A stretch of DNA of 64,000 nucleotides from Candidatus Magasanikbacteria bacterium RIFCSPHIGHO2_01_FULL_33_34 (GTDB lineage: Bacteria > Patescibacteriota > Patescibacteriia > Magasanikbacterales > UBA922). The DNA lies in contig MFPS01000008.1 in assembly GCA_001782825.1 (NCBI GenBank), forward strand, positions 9,012 to 73,011, written 5' to 3'. Below the pieces are notes generated by a model, which saw nothing but the letters and a program-made list of their open reading frames with translations, was not told where the DNA came from and searched no databases. Shown piece after piece: positions 43,562 through 53,566 of the stretch (position 1 is its first letter; every line of letters starts with the position of its first letter). A program made the position numbers and the translations under genes.

Positions 43562-45328
43562 TTACTCCCATTCAATAGTCCCTGGAGGTTTATTGGTTAT
43601 ATCAAAAAATACAAAATCAACTTTATCTATTATTTCAATTTCAGCTTGTATTTGTTTTATTACATTTTTTGGCAGTTTTGCAAAGTTTACTGTCATAGCT
43701 TCTTCTGATTCAACTGGTCGTATAACTATACTTTCTTTGTGATTGTATCCAAAAGGGATTAAAACTATTGGCATTTGCCAGATATGTGAACAATTTTTAT
43801 TGTTGTTAACAATTTTATTGATTTTATTATCAAGTTGACGTAACAGGCTGATTCTTTCTTTTGTTAGGTATGACTTTTTAAGTGTAGAATTTTTTATTTG
43901 CTCTTCATTTCCATAAATGGTTATTAAAACTCTATTTATATTTTTATATTTATTAGTTATTTTAGGAGATATTTTATGTAGTTTTTGCCAATTTATTTTT
44001 GTATTAGTTAAAACTAGAGGATGCTTGTAACTTCTTTCATCACCTTGTACGCCAACTGATTTTATAGGTAATTTTGTACCTTCAGATATAGTTATTGGTT
44101 TTTTATTGTTTCCTTCTGAACATAGACAACGAATTGCCAGACCAGGTCCAGGGAAAGGTTGTCTATTTATTAAATTTTTTGGAAGATTTAATTTTAATCC
44201 TATTTTTCTCACTTCGTCTTTGTATAATTCTTTGATTGGTTCAATAATCAAACCCTTTTGAATCATTTTTTGTATTCTATCAACTCGATTATGATGAGTT
44301 TTGATTTTATCAGAATTTTTTGTTCCACCGGATTCAATGGTATCTGGATAAATAGTACCTTGACCTAGTAACCAGTCTTTTTCATTAAAATTTAGTTTTT
44401 TCATTATTTTGTCAGTAATATCCAGAAAAAGATTTCCAATAATTTTTCTTTTTTCTTCTGGTTCATAAACTTTTTTTAAAGATTCAAAATATTCTTTTGA
44501 TGCGTTATATATATGCAAATCATCAAGACCAATATTTGTAAGAGCTTCTTTTACTTGTTCTGATTCGTTCAAGCGCATAAAACCATGATCAATATGAAAA
44601 CCATAAACTTTGTCTTTTCCTAAAGTTTTTTCAAGCAAAGTAAAACATATTGTTGAATCAACGCCACCACTAATTAAAAGAAAAATTTTTTTATTTTTTG
44701 CTTCTTTACGTATATTTTCTTGTATTTGTAGAAGCATATCATTTGTATTCCAGTTTTTTTCTGCATTACAAATATTCAAAACAAAATTTTCTAACATTGT
44801 TTTACCATCTATGCTGTGATTGACTTCTGGATGGAATTGAAAGCTATAGATATTTTTTTCTGATAAAGACATAGCTGTAATTGAATTATTTCCAGTTGTT
44901 CCAATTTGTTTGAAGTTTTTTGGTAATTTTTCAACATTGTCACCGTGGCTCATCCAAACCGTTGTTTGTTTTTTTATATTGTTAAATATTGGTGAGTCTG
45001 ATATTTTTAAAGATGCAATTCCGTATTCTCTTATTTTTCCAGATGAAATTTCACTTCCAAAATGTTGAGCAATTAATTGGTGGCCATAACATAATCCGAG
45101 AATTGGTTTATTTTGTTTAAAAATATTTGTATCGTATTCTAATTTTTCAGAAGAAGTAACACTTTTTGGTCCTCCTGATAAAATAATACCAACTGCATTG
45201 GTGAGTTTCTCAGCTTTTGTATCATTTGGGTATATGTGTGATATAACACCAATTTCTCGGATACGCCTAGCAATCAAATGGGTGTATTGTGATCCAAAAT
45301 CAAGTATAGCTATTTCATTATTTGACAT
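43562..45328 (-). CDS. guaA: GMP synthase (glutamine-hydrolysing), long form
   Basis: GATase CYGHQ/H-P-E triad, ATP-PPase P-loop SGGVDST; 588 aa. Confidence 0.95.
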   Translation of the reverse strand: MSNNEIAILDFGSQYTHLIARRIREIGVISHIYPNDTKAEKLTNAVGIILSGGPKSVTSSEKLEYDTNIFKQNKPILGLCYGHQLIAQHFGSEISSGKIREYGIASLKISDSPIFNNIKKQTTVWMSHGDNVEKLPKNFKQIGTTGNNSITAMSLSEKNIYSFQFHPEVNHSIDGKTMLENFVLNICNAEKNWNTNDMLLQIQENIRKEAKNKKIFLLISGGVDSTICFTLLEKTLGKDKVYGFHIDHGFMRLNESEQVKEALTNIGLDDLHIYNASKEYFESLKKVYEPEEKRKIIGNLFLDITDKIMKKLNFNEKDWLLGQGTIYPDTIESGGTKNSDKIKTHHNRVDRIQKMIQKGLIIEPIKELYKDEVRKIGLKLNLPKNLINRQPFPGPGLAIRCLCSEGNNKKPITISEGTKLPIKSVGVQGDERSYKHPLVLTNTKINWQKLHKISPKITNKYKNINRVLITIYGNEEQIKNSTLKKSYLTKERISLLRQLDNKINKIVNNNKNCSHIWQMPIVLIPFGYNHKESIVIRPVESEEAMTVNFAKLPKNVIKQIQAEIEIIDKVDFVFFDITNKPPGTIEWE

Positions 45329-45369
45329 ATTGTGTAGTTAATAATCGTTCTTGAATATTATCAGAAAGT

Positions 45370-46881
45370 ATGTTAAAGTTCAATTTATTTAGTATATTTA
45401 TTGGTATGTTTAAACAATTTCAAGACACTTTTACATTTGATGATGTGTTGCTGGTACCACAAAAATCAGAGATTTTACCGAAGGATGTAAAAATTCATAC
45501 ATATTTGACTAGAGAGATAAAGCTCAATGCACCATTTTTGAGTGCGCCCATGGATACTGTGACAGAACATGAAATGGCAATTAAAATGGCTTTGGCAGGT
45601 GGTATAGGTATAATTCATAAGAATTTATCAATTGATGATCAGGTAGCAGAAATTAGGAAAGTAAAACGTTTTGAAAATGGATTTGTCAAAAATCCAATGA
45701 CTGCACACCCGAGTGATCCGATGAGTAAAATAATTCAAATAAGAAATAAATTTGGTTATAAAAAAGTACCAATTGTCGACAATGATGGTGTGTTGGTAGG
45801 ATTTATTTCTGATATTGATTATTTGATGTTGCCTGATAATGATGAACATAAAGTATTGGATTTTATGTTTCCAGTCCAAAAAATGAATGTTGGATATGAA
45901 GGAATGAGCTTGAAAGAGGCTTATCAGATGATTCAAAAATTTCGTTTACGTACTTTATGTATTGTTGATAAGAATAATAAATTGGTAAGTATAGTAACTC
46001 GTCGTGATTTGGAAAAAAGTTTATTATATCCAAATTCTTCAAAAGATAGTACTAAACAATTGCTTGTTGGTGGAGCAATAGGCGTGGGTATAAATGGTAT
46101 TGAACGGGCAGAAAATTTACTGAAAGCCGGAACTGATGTTTTAATTGTAGATACTGCGCATGGTCATTCTAGAGGTGTTATAGATACAGTGAAAGAAATT
46201 AAGAGAAAATGGTCAGGTGTACAAGTTATTGCTGGGAATATTGCATCTTCTGATGCTGCAAAAGATTTGATTGATGCTGGTGTAGATGCCTTGAAAGTTG
46301 GTATTGGGCCTGGTTCAATTTGCACAACTCGTATAGTTGCAGGCATAGGTGTACCACAATTATCTGCTATTATGGAGGTGGTCAAGGGTGTATATAATTC
46401 ACAAAGAAAAGTTCCAGTCATTGCTGATGGTGGAATCAAGTCATCTGGTGATGTTGTAAAAGCTCTGGCAGTTGGTGCTATGTCTGTGATGATGGGTAAT
46501 ATGTTTGCTGGCACAGATGAATCTCCTGGAAGAATAGAATATACCAATGGTAGAATGTATAAAGTTTATCGTGGAATGGGTAGTATTGATGCAATGGAAT
46601 TTGGTAGTAAAGATAGATATGGGCAGGCAGAAATTAAAGAAAAACAAAAATTTGTTCCAGAGGGTGTGAGTGGACGGGTGGCATACAAAGGATCAGTTTC
46701 TACTATTTTATATCAATTGGAAGGTGGTTTACGAAGTGGTTTTGGTTATAATGGAGCTCGTAATATTTCAGAATTACAAAAACGAGCTCATTTTGTAAAG
46801 ATAACGGGGTCAAGTTTGAAAGAAAGTCACCCTCATGATTTAAAAGAAGTTAGTAGTGCTCCAAATTATAGTATTGATTAA
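45370..46881 (+). CDS. guaB: IMP dehydrogenase with CBS pair
   Basis: FTFDDVLLVP, catalytic loop GIGPGSICTTR, CBS domains; 503 aa. Confidence 0.95.
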   Translation: MLKFNLFSIFIGMFKQFQDTFTFDDVLLVPQKSEILPKDVKIHTYLTREIKLNAPFLSAPMDTVTEHEMAIKMALAGGIGIIHKNLSIDDQVAEIRKVKRFENGFVKNPMTAHPSDPMSKIIQIRNKFGYKKVPIVDNDGVLVGFISDIDYLMLPDNDEHKVLDFMFPVQKMNVGYEGMSLKEAYQMIQKFRLRTLCIVDKNNKLVSIVTRRDLEKSLLYPNSSKDSTKQLLVGGAIGVGINGIERAENLLKAGTDVLIVDTAHGHSRGVIDTVKEIKRKWSGVQVIAGNIASSDAAKDLIDAGVDALKVGIGPGSICTTRIVAGIGVPQLSAIMEVVKGVYNSQRKVPVIADGGIKSSGDVVKALAVGAMSVMMGNMFAGTDESPGRIEYTNGRMYKVYRGMGSIDAMEFGSKDRYGQAEIKEKQKFVPEGVSGRVAYKGSVSTILYQLEGGLRSGFGYNGARNISELQKRAHFVKITGSSLKESHPHDLKEVSSAPNYSID

Positions 46882-46910
46882 TAAAATTATATTTTAAGTA
46901 TAAGGTAATT

Positions 46911-48446
46911 TTAATGTTTGAAACATCTATTTCCAGTAAATACCATACTTATTTTGTATTCGTTACAAGCTTTGATTACTTCTTCATCTTTTATTGAGCC
47001 ACCAGGTTGGATTATGGCTTTGATTCCTGTTTGAGCAATTTTATCTATACTATCTCTAAAAGGAAAAAACGCATCAGAACATAATACAGAATCTTTTATT
47101 TTTTCACCACTTTTTTTAATAGCCAAATCAACTGCATCAATCCTTGAGACTTGTCCTGGACCAATACCAATGGTGGTATTATTTTTTGCTATTAAGATTG
47201 CATTTGATTTCACATGTTTGAGTACTTTCCAACCAAATAACATATCAATTAGTTCTTGTTCTGTTGGTTGTTTGTCAGTCACAAATTGCAGATCTTCTTT
47301 TTTGATTATTTTTGTATCAATATCTTGTACAAGTAGTCCACCTTCAATATAACGAAATTCTAATTTATCTTGATTTGGTAATATATTGCCTAATTCAAGA
47401 ACACGCATATTTTGTTTTTTGTCTAACACCCCTAAAGCTTCTTTGTCATAATTTGGCGCCAAAACTATTTCTACAAATACTTTTGTTATTTCTTCAGCAA
47501 TAGCTTTGGTGCAGGTTCTGTTAAGTGCAATAATTCCACCAAATGCAGACATTGGATCAGTATTGTAGGCCTGTTTGAATACTGTAGCTATGTTATCTCC
47601 AATAGCGACTCCACATGGGTTAGCATGTTTTACTATTACACAGGCTGGTTCTGTAAATTCTTTTAGGGTTGATAATGCTCCATCAGCATCATTTATATTA
47701 TTGTAGGATAATTTTTTACCTTGTAAAATTTTTGCATTCAATATATTACAACCTTTGTTATTTGGTTTTTTATAAACTGATGCCATTTGATGTGGATTTT
47801 CTCCGTAACGTAATTCATAATCTTTTTTGAAAGTTAAAGAAAAATTATAAGAAAATTTTTCTTCTTTTAGATGATTGTGGATTATGGTGTCATATTGTGC
47901 TGTATGACCAAAAGATTTTATAGCCATTTTTTTTCTGGTTTCAAAATTTATTCCGCCAGATTTTAATTCTTCGAGTAGGGGATTGTAGTCTTGTGGATCT
48001 ACAATTACTGTAACCCAACCCATATTTTTGGCAGCACTACGTATCATGGTTGGACCACCAATATCAATATTTTCAATTATTTCATCATAGTTTACGTTTT
48101 CTTTTAGAATAGTTTCAGAAAATGGATAAAGATTGCATACGACCAAATCTATCCATTTTATTTCATTTTGTTCAGCAATTACTTTGTGGGAGTCTCTAAG
48201 CCCTAAAATACCACCATGAACTTTTGGGTGTAGAGTTTTAACACGACCTTCCATCATTTCTGGAAATCCAGTAAATTCAGAAATATCTTTTACATTTATA
48301 TTTGCTTCAGTTAGTTTTTTGGCTGTTCCGCCAGTAGAAATTATTTCTATCCCTAATCTTTGTAATTCTTTAGCAAATTCTAAAATTCCATCTTTGTTAG
48401 AGACTGAGATCAAAGCTCTGTGGATTTGAGTACTATTTTTGTTCAT
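46911..48446 (-). CDS. purH: bifunctional AICAR transformylase / IMP cyclohydrolase
   Basis: MGS-like N-terminus RALISVSNKDGILEFAKELQRLGIEIISTGGTAK and AICARFT domain; 511 aa. Confidence 0.95.
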   Translation of the reverse strand: MNKNSTQIHRALISVSNKDGILEFAKELQRLGIEIISTGGTAKKLTEANINVKDISEFTGFPEMMEGRVKTLHPKVHGGILGLRDSHKVIAEQNEIKWIDLVVCNLYPFSETILKENVNYDEIIENIDIGGPTMIRSAAKNMGWVTVIVDPQDYNPLLEELKSGGINFETRKKMAIKSFGHTAQYDTIIHNHLKEEKFSYNFSLTFKKDYELRYGENPHQMASVYKKPNNKGCNILNAKILQGKKLSYNNINDADGALSTLKEFTEPACVIVKHANPCGVAIGDNIATVFKQAYNTDPMSAFGGIIALNRTCTKAIAEEITKVFVEIVLAPNYDKEALGVLDKKQNMRVLELGNILPNQDKLEFRYIEGGLLVQDIDTKIIKKEDLQFVTDKQPTEQELIDMLFGWKVLKHVKSNAILIAKNNTTIGIGPGQVSRIDAVDLAIKKSGEKIKDSVLCSDAFFPFRDSIDKIAQTGIKAIIQPGGSIKDEEVIKACNEYKISMVFTGNRCFKH

Positions 48447-49017
48447 AAGATTTTTTTTTAATTACTTCAATGAAGGCTTCACCTTCAAGTTTTTGGACTT
48501 TTGATTTTAAGGTTTCTGGCGTATCTTTTGAAGTTACAGGACAACTTTTTTGGATTATAATAGGTCCAGTATCTATTCCTTCATCTATAATATGGATTGT
48601 ACAACCAGTTTCTTTGACGCCAGCTTTTAGTACTTCTTCATGTACATTTAAATCCATCTTACCAGCAAATGCTGGTAAAAGAGATGGGTGTACATTTAAA
48701 ATTTTATTTCTCCATTTATTGATAAAGTTTATAGAAATGATACGCATATATCCTATCAGTAGTACTAAATCAATATTTTTTTTATCTAATATTTTCATTA
48801 TTTCTGCATCAAACTCTTTTTTGGTTTTATTTTTTGGGTTTATATATATGTTTTCTATATTAGCATTTTTTGCTCTTTCTAATATATATGCATCAGATTT
48901 ATCACTAATAACAATATCAAGTGAAGCATTTAAATCATCATTTTTTATAGCTTCTATAATTGGTTGCATACTAGTGCCTCGTGTTGATCCTAAAATTGCT
49001 ATTTTTAACTTATGCAT
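48433..49017 (-). CDS. purN: phosphoribosylglycinamide formyltransferase
   Basis: 194 aa; formyl-transferase core (NVHPSLLPAFAG), overlaps purH start. Confidence 0.9.
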   Translation of the reverse strand: MHKLKIAILGSTRGTSMQPIIEAIKNDDLNASLDIVISDKSDAYILERAKNANIENIYINPKNKTKKEFDAEIMKILDKKNIDLVLLIGYMRIISINFINKWRNKILNVHPSLLPAFAGKMDLNVHEEVLKAGVKETGCTIHIIDEGIDTGPIIIQKSCPVTSKDTPETLKSKVQKLEGEAFIEVIKKKSYEQK

Positions 49018-49074
49018 AAATGAATGATTTTATATTTATATAAGTATATAAGTAATGTGAATTAATTTGTAAGT

Positions 49075-49262
49075 TATAATAGCATTATTTATACTTTCAA
49101 TCACGACCATATTATTTTCAATTATTTATTTTTACTCCCTGCCTGCCGGCAGGCAGGATTCTCGCTATGGCTCCGAGGGTGATGCATGTTGGGGCATCAA
49201 ATCCGTAAAAATAAATAATTGAAAATAATGCTTAATTATAAATAACGCTTTCAATTTTTACA
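49075..49262. repeat. structured palindromic intergenic repeat, copy c
   Basis: Outer TIR AGCATTATTTATA / TATAAATAACGCT, inner IR CAATTATTTATTTTTAC / GTAAAAATAAATAATTG (perfect, compensatory A/T versus G/C in copy b), 20-bp perfect palindrome; left flank on minus strand reads TTGAAA-16nt-TATAAC toward purN. Confidence 0.8.
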
Positions 49263-49287
49263 ATTAATTTATAGTATTCACATATGC

Positions 49288-50598
49288 TTATTTTCGTAAG
49301 TCAGCCATCATTTTAATTCTTTTTTCTATTAATTCTTCTGTACCTATATCTTCTCTATGAAATAGTGGACCTTTTATTTTTTTTATTTCTGATTCTGCAA
49401 TTAATTCGGCATCAGAAATTGAATCAGACACACTTACAATGGCAATAGTACGAGAACCAGTTTCATACAATTCATTTTCTTTCATATCAACAGATGCATA
49501 GTGAATTAATTCTTTATTTTCTACAGCAGATACATCAATTATTTTATTTTTTATAGGATTATCTGGGTATCCAATTGGCACAGCATATTTACAGACACTG
49601 GCTTTTTTTGCAAATCTAGCATGATCTTGAGTCAGATTACCTTTAATTATTGCTAAACATAGTTCAACAAAGTCTGATTCTAAAAGAGATAAGATATTCA
49701 TACATTCTGGGTCGCCAAAGCGTGCATTGTATTCTATTAGGTTTACCCCGTTTTTTGTGGCCATAAAACCACCATAGATTATTCCTTTATATTCTTCATT
49801 AAATTCATCTTTTATTGCCTTTATAGTTGCTTGATTAATTTTATGCGCTTGCTCAATATCTGTATTTGTTAAAAAAGGAAGTTTGTGGTCAGAGTCAGAA
49901 TAACTGCCCATACCACCGGTGTTTGGTCCTGTATCGTTTACAAAGGCTCGTTTGTGATCTTGTATGGCTATCATGTGAGCAAGATTATTTCCATCAGAAA
50001 AACTAAGGAGAGAAAATTCTTGACCAATCAACTTTTCTTCTATCAAAAAAGTTCCGTCTTGTGCAATTAACTCTTCACAAAAAGCAATTCCGTCTGCAAT
50101 AGATTGAAGATGGTCTCCAGAAACTTTAACACCTTTTCCTCCCATTAATCCGTCTGCTTTTACTACATAATTACCGCCAAGGGAATCAATAAATTCCTTC
50201 ACTCCATTTATATCAGAAAAATATTTATATTTAGGTCCACCTGGTATATTGTATTTTCTTAAAAGATTGCGGGTGAAGGATTTGCTAGTTTCGAGTTGGG
50301 CAAGTTTTTTGGTTGGTCCAATGCTTGGAATATTTTGTTCTTTTAGTTTGTCTACTACACCTGCTTCCAAAGGTGCTTCAGGACCAATAATAGCAAAGTC
50401 AATATTATTATCTTTGGCAAAATCTGCAATCGTTTTAGTATCAGTAATTTTACCAATCTTATAATTAGAGGATAATTCCTTTATTCCAGGATTATTATTT
50501 GAGGCAAAACAAAAAATATTTGTAGGTTTTTTTGATCGTTTTATGGCTTTGGCAATTGCATGTTCTCTGGCTCCTGAACCGACTAATAATATGTTCAT
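49288..50598 (-). CDS. purD: phosphoribosylamine--glycine ligase
   Basis: ATP-grasp GAR synthetase; MNILLVGSGAREHA N-terminus; 436 aa. Confidence 0.95.
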   Translation of the reverse strand: MNILLVGSGAREHAIAKAIKRSKKPTNIFCFASNNNPGIKELSSNYKIGKITDTKTIADFAKDNNIDFAIIGPEAPLEAGVVDKLKEQNIPSIGPTKKLAQLETSKSFTRNLLRKYNIPGGPKYKYFSDINGVKEFIDSLGGNYVVKADGLMGGKGVKVSGDHLQSIADGIAFCEELIAQDGTFLIEEKLIGQEFSLLSFSDGNNLAHMIAIQDHKRAFVNDTGPNTGGMGSYSDSDHKLPFLTNTDIEQAHKINQATIKAIKDEFNEEYKGIIYGGFMATKNGVNLIEYNARFGDPECMNILSLLESDFVELCLAIIKGNLTQDHARFAKKASVCKYAVPIGYPDNPIKNKIIDVSAVENKELIHYASVDMKENELYETGSRTIAIVSVSDSISDAELIAESEIKKIKGPLFHREDIGTEELIEKRIKMMADLRK

Positions 50599-50708
50599 AT
50601 TTTTTAAAGTTAGGTGTATGGTATAACTTTGTTTATACGTTTAACTATGATTATATTAGTTTTAATTATAAGTAACCTTTTCTTTTTATAAGTTAGGTTT
50701 TAAATTAT

Positions 50709-52172
50709 CTATACTCTGTTAGCTCCGCGCATATCTTCTAATTCTTGTAACTTTTTTTCGTCTATATCATTAGTGATATAGATGCCATCAAGACAAGGCA
50801 TAGAAGGTCTATCAATATTGTGTTCACCGTATCGTGTAATTGCTTCAACTAAATCTTCAATGTCTTGGTATAATAAAATATCACAACCTATATATTCACG
50901 GATTTCTTCTATGCTTTTATTATGTGCGATTAATTCGGATCTAGTTGGTATATCTATTCCATAAAAATCTGGATATTTTACAGGAGGGCAGGCAGAAATA
51001 AGATATACTTCTTTTGCACCAGCATCTTTTACTAGTTTTACCACTTCTCTACTGGTTGTACCTCTCACGATTGAGTCATCTAGTAGCATTACTTTTTTAT
51101 CTTTTATTTCAGTTTCTTGTGGAGATAATTTTTGTAATACTGATTGTCGTCTTTTTTCTTGGCCGGGCATTATAAAAGTTCTACCTACAAATTGATTTTT
51201 GTATATACCCTCAGTATACCTAACCCCTAGTACACTGGCAGCGGATAATGCGGCTGTATTTGAGGTAAATGGTACAGGGATGAGTACATCTGGTTTTATA
51301 TTTGGATATTCTCTTAGCCATTTTTTGGCCAGATTTTGTCCCATGCGTAGTCTGGCTCTATATACACTGACATTGTTTATAATAGAGTCAGGTCTAGATA
51401 AATAAACGTATTCAAAAACGCAAGGAGTGAATTTTTCTCTTCGGAGTATTCGGCTACGCATTTCACCGTCATTATTAATAAAAATCACTTCGCCTGGCTG
51501 AACATTACCCATGTATTTAAAACCAAGAGGATAATACATTGTATTTTCTGAAGAAAAAATATAATCTTTTGTTTCGTCTGGGTTTATTCTCATTCCACAA
51601 ACAAATGGGCGAATTCCGTGTGGATCGCGAAAAGCAATCATACCTTTACCAGCAATTATACCAATTACTGAATATCCACCTTTTGCTCTATCAAATACTG
51701 ATTCAACTGCTTGGCAAATATTTTCAAATATATCATTAGTTGGATCTAATTTGTCTAATTTTGAAGCAAAAACATTCATTATTGTTTCTAGATCAGATTC
51801 TGAATTACAGTGGTATCTATCCTCTTTTTCTAATTCATCTTTTAATTCAGTATAGTTAGTTAGATTTCCATTATGAACCATAGCTATTCCATACGGTGAA
51901 TTTGTCATAAATGGTTGAGCATTTTCTACACTATGACTTGATCCATTGGTAGGGTAGCGTGTATGTCCAATACCCCAATTACCAGTTAGTCTGCTTATAT
52001 TTTGTTGGTCAAATATATCACGAACAAAACCAGATCCTTTTTTCAAATGAAATCTTTTGTTGTATGTTAAAATACCAGCCGCATCTTGTCCACGGTGTTG
52101 TAGATGTATTAAGCCATCATAAATTTCAGTTGCAACTGGTTTGTGAGAGAAAATGCCGATTATTCCACACAT
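50709..52172 (-). CDS. purF: amidophosphoribosyltransferase
   Basis: N-terminal nucleophile MCGIIGI, PRTase domain; 487 aa. Confidence 0.95.
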   Translation of the reverse strand: MCGIIGIFSHKPVATEIYDGLIHLQHRGQDAAGILTYNKRFHLKKGSGFVRDIFDQQNISRLTGNWGIGHTRYPTNGSSHSVENAQPFMTNSPYGIAMVHNGNLTNYTELKDELEKEDRYHCNSESDLETIMNVFASKLDKLDPTNDIFENICQAVESVFDRAKGGYSVIGIIAGKGMIAFRDPHGIRPFVCGMRINPDETKDYIFSSENTMYYPLGFKYMGNVQPGEVIFINNDGEMRSRILRREKFTPCVFEYVYLSRPDSIINNVSVYRARLRMGQNLAKKWLREYPNIKPDVLIPVPFTSNTAALSAASVLGVRYTEGIYKNQFVGRTFIMPGQEKRRQSVLQKLSPQETEIKDKKVMLLDDSIVRGTTSREVVKLVKDAGAKEVYLISACPPVKYPDFYGIDIPTRSELIAHNKSIEEIREYIGCDILLYQDIEDLVEAITRYGEHNIDRPSMPCLDGIYITNDIDEKKLQELEDMRGANRV

Positions 52173-52200
52173 AAATAAAAATAATTAGGATAAAAATTTA

Positions 52201-53559
52201 TTATATCAAATCTACTACATCAGTGGAAAGACCAATATAGGTATGAGGTGTTAGTTTAAGTAATTTATTTTTTTCTTCTTCTGGTATTTCCAGTGAATTT
52301 ATAAAATTATAAATTGTTTGTTTGTTGACTTTTTCTCCGCGAGTTAGCTCTTTTAATTTTTCGTATGGTTTTTCATACCCGACTTTACGCATAACTGTTT
52401 GGATTGCTTCTGCTAATACTTCCCAATGATTGTTTAGTTCTTCATCTAATTTTTCTTTATTTATAGTTAAACGTGACATACCTTTTAAAATATTTTTACA
52501 AGCAAGCAGTGAGTGGGCGAGTGGTATGCCTTGATTTCTAAGTACGGTGCTGTCAGTTAAATCGCGTTGCATACGAGAAATTGGAAGTTTTTGGGATAGG
52601 TGTACAAAGTAAGCATTTGCTATGCCTAGATTTCCTTCTGCATTTTCAAATTGTATAGGATTAATTTTGTGAGGCATAGCGCTTGATCCTATTTCATTGT
52701 CCTTCTTCTTTTGTCCAAAAATTCCACGAGATATATACATCCATATATCTCGTGTAAAATCTATTAATATTGTGTTTATCCTTTCAATTATTTGATAACT
52801 TTCTGTGATTGAATCATGTGATTCAATTTGAATTGTTATTATGTTTGGTTCAAGATTAAGAGAGGAAATAAAATTTTTACTAAAATTTATCCAATCTATA
52901 TTTGGATAAGCAATATTGTGCGCGCCCCATGTGCCAGTTGCGCCACCAAATTTTCCTTGTAATTTATGATTAGATAATTGTAGTATCTGTCTTTGGAGTC
53001 TATGGGCAAAAACTGCAAATTCTTTACCTACTGTAGTAGGGGTTGCGCTTTGTCCATGGGTTAAAGAAAGCATTGGTTGGTGTTTGTTTTTTTTGGCAAA
53101 AATTATAAATTTTTCTTGAACTTCTGATATTTTTGGTAAGTAAATATTTTTTATAGCAGAATTCCACATCAATGTGTATGCTAAATTGTTTATATCTTCA
53201 GAAGTTAAAGCAAAATGAATAAATTCTATGTATTTGTTGAATTTAGTATTTTGTAATTTTTCTTTCAAAAAATATTCAATGGCTTTTACATCATGATTAG
53301 TTGTTTCTTCAATTTTTTTTATTGATTGTGCATCTTCGTTTGAAAAGTTTTTATAATATGATTTGAGTTTATTTTGTTGCTCCAAAGTCAAAGGTTCAAT
53401 TTCATTAATATTTTTTTCTATAGAGAGAGCAATTAAATATTCTATTTCTACCATTAAACGATAGCGCATTAGCGCCATTTCTGAAAAATATTCTGATAGT
53501 TCTTCAACAGATGTTTTGTATCGACCATCAATTGGAGAAATGTTTGTGAGTAGATTCAT
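52201..53559 (-). CDS. purB: adenylosuccinate lyase
   Basis: Fumarase/lyase family signature (GSSAMPHKINP); 452 aa. Confidence 0.9.
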   Translation of the reverse strand: MNLLTNISPIDGRYKTSVEELSEYFSEMALMRYRLMVEIEYLIALSIEKNINEIEPLTLEQQNKLKSYYKNFSNEDAQSIKKIEETTNHDVKAIEYFLKEKLQNTKFNKYIEFIHFALTSEDINNLAYTLMWNSAIKNIYLPKISEVQEKFIIFAKKNKHQPMLSLTHGQSATPTTVGKEFAVFAHRLQRQILQLSNHKLQGKFGGATGTWGAHNIAYPNIDWINFSKNFISSLNLEPNIITIQIESHDSITESYQIIERINTILIDFTRDIWMYISRGIFGQKKKDNEIGSSAMPHKINPIQFENAEGNLGIANAYFVHLSQKLPISRMQRDLTDSTVLRNQGIPLAHSLLACKNILKGMSRLTINKEKLDEELNNHWEVLAEAIQTVMRKVGYEKPYEKLKELTRGEKVNKQTIYNFINSLEIPEEEKNKLLKLTPHTYIGLSTDVVDLI

Positions 53560-53566
53560 AGATAAT

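Noticed and set aside
25531-49262. Possibility that the repeated palindromic elements form a CRISPR array
   Set aside because: Copies are 3-13 kb apart rather than regularly spaced with short spacers; each is ~180 bp with nested inverted repeats; no cas genes in window
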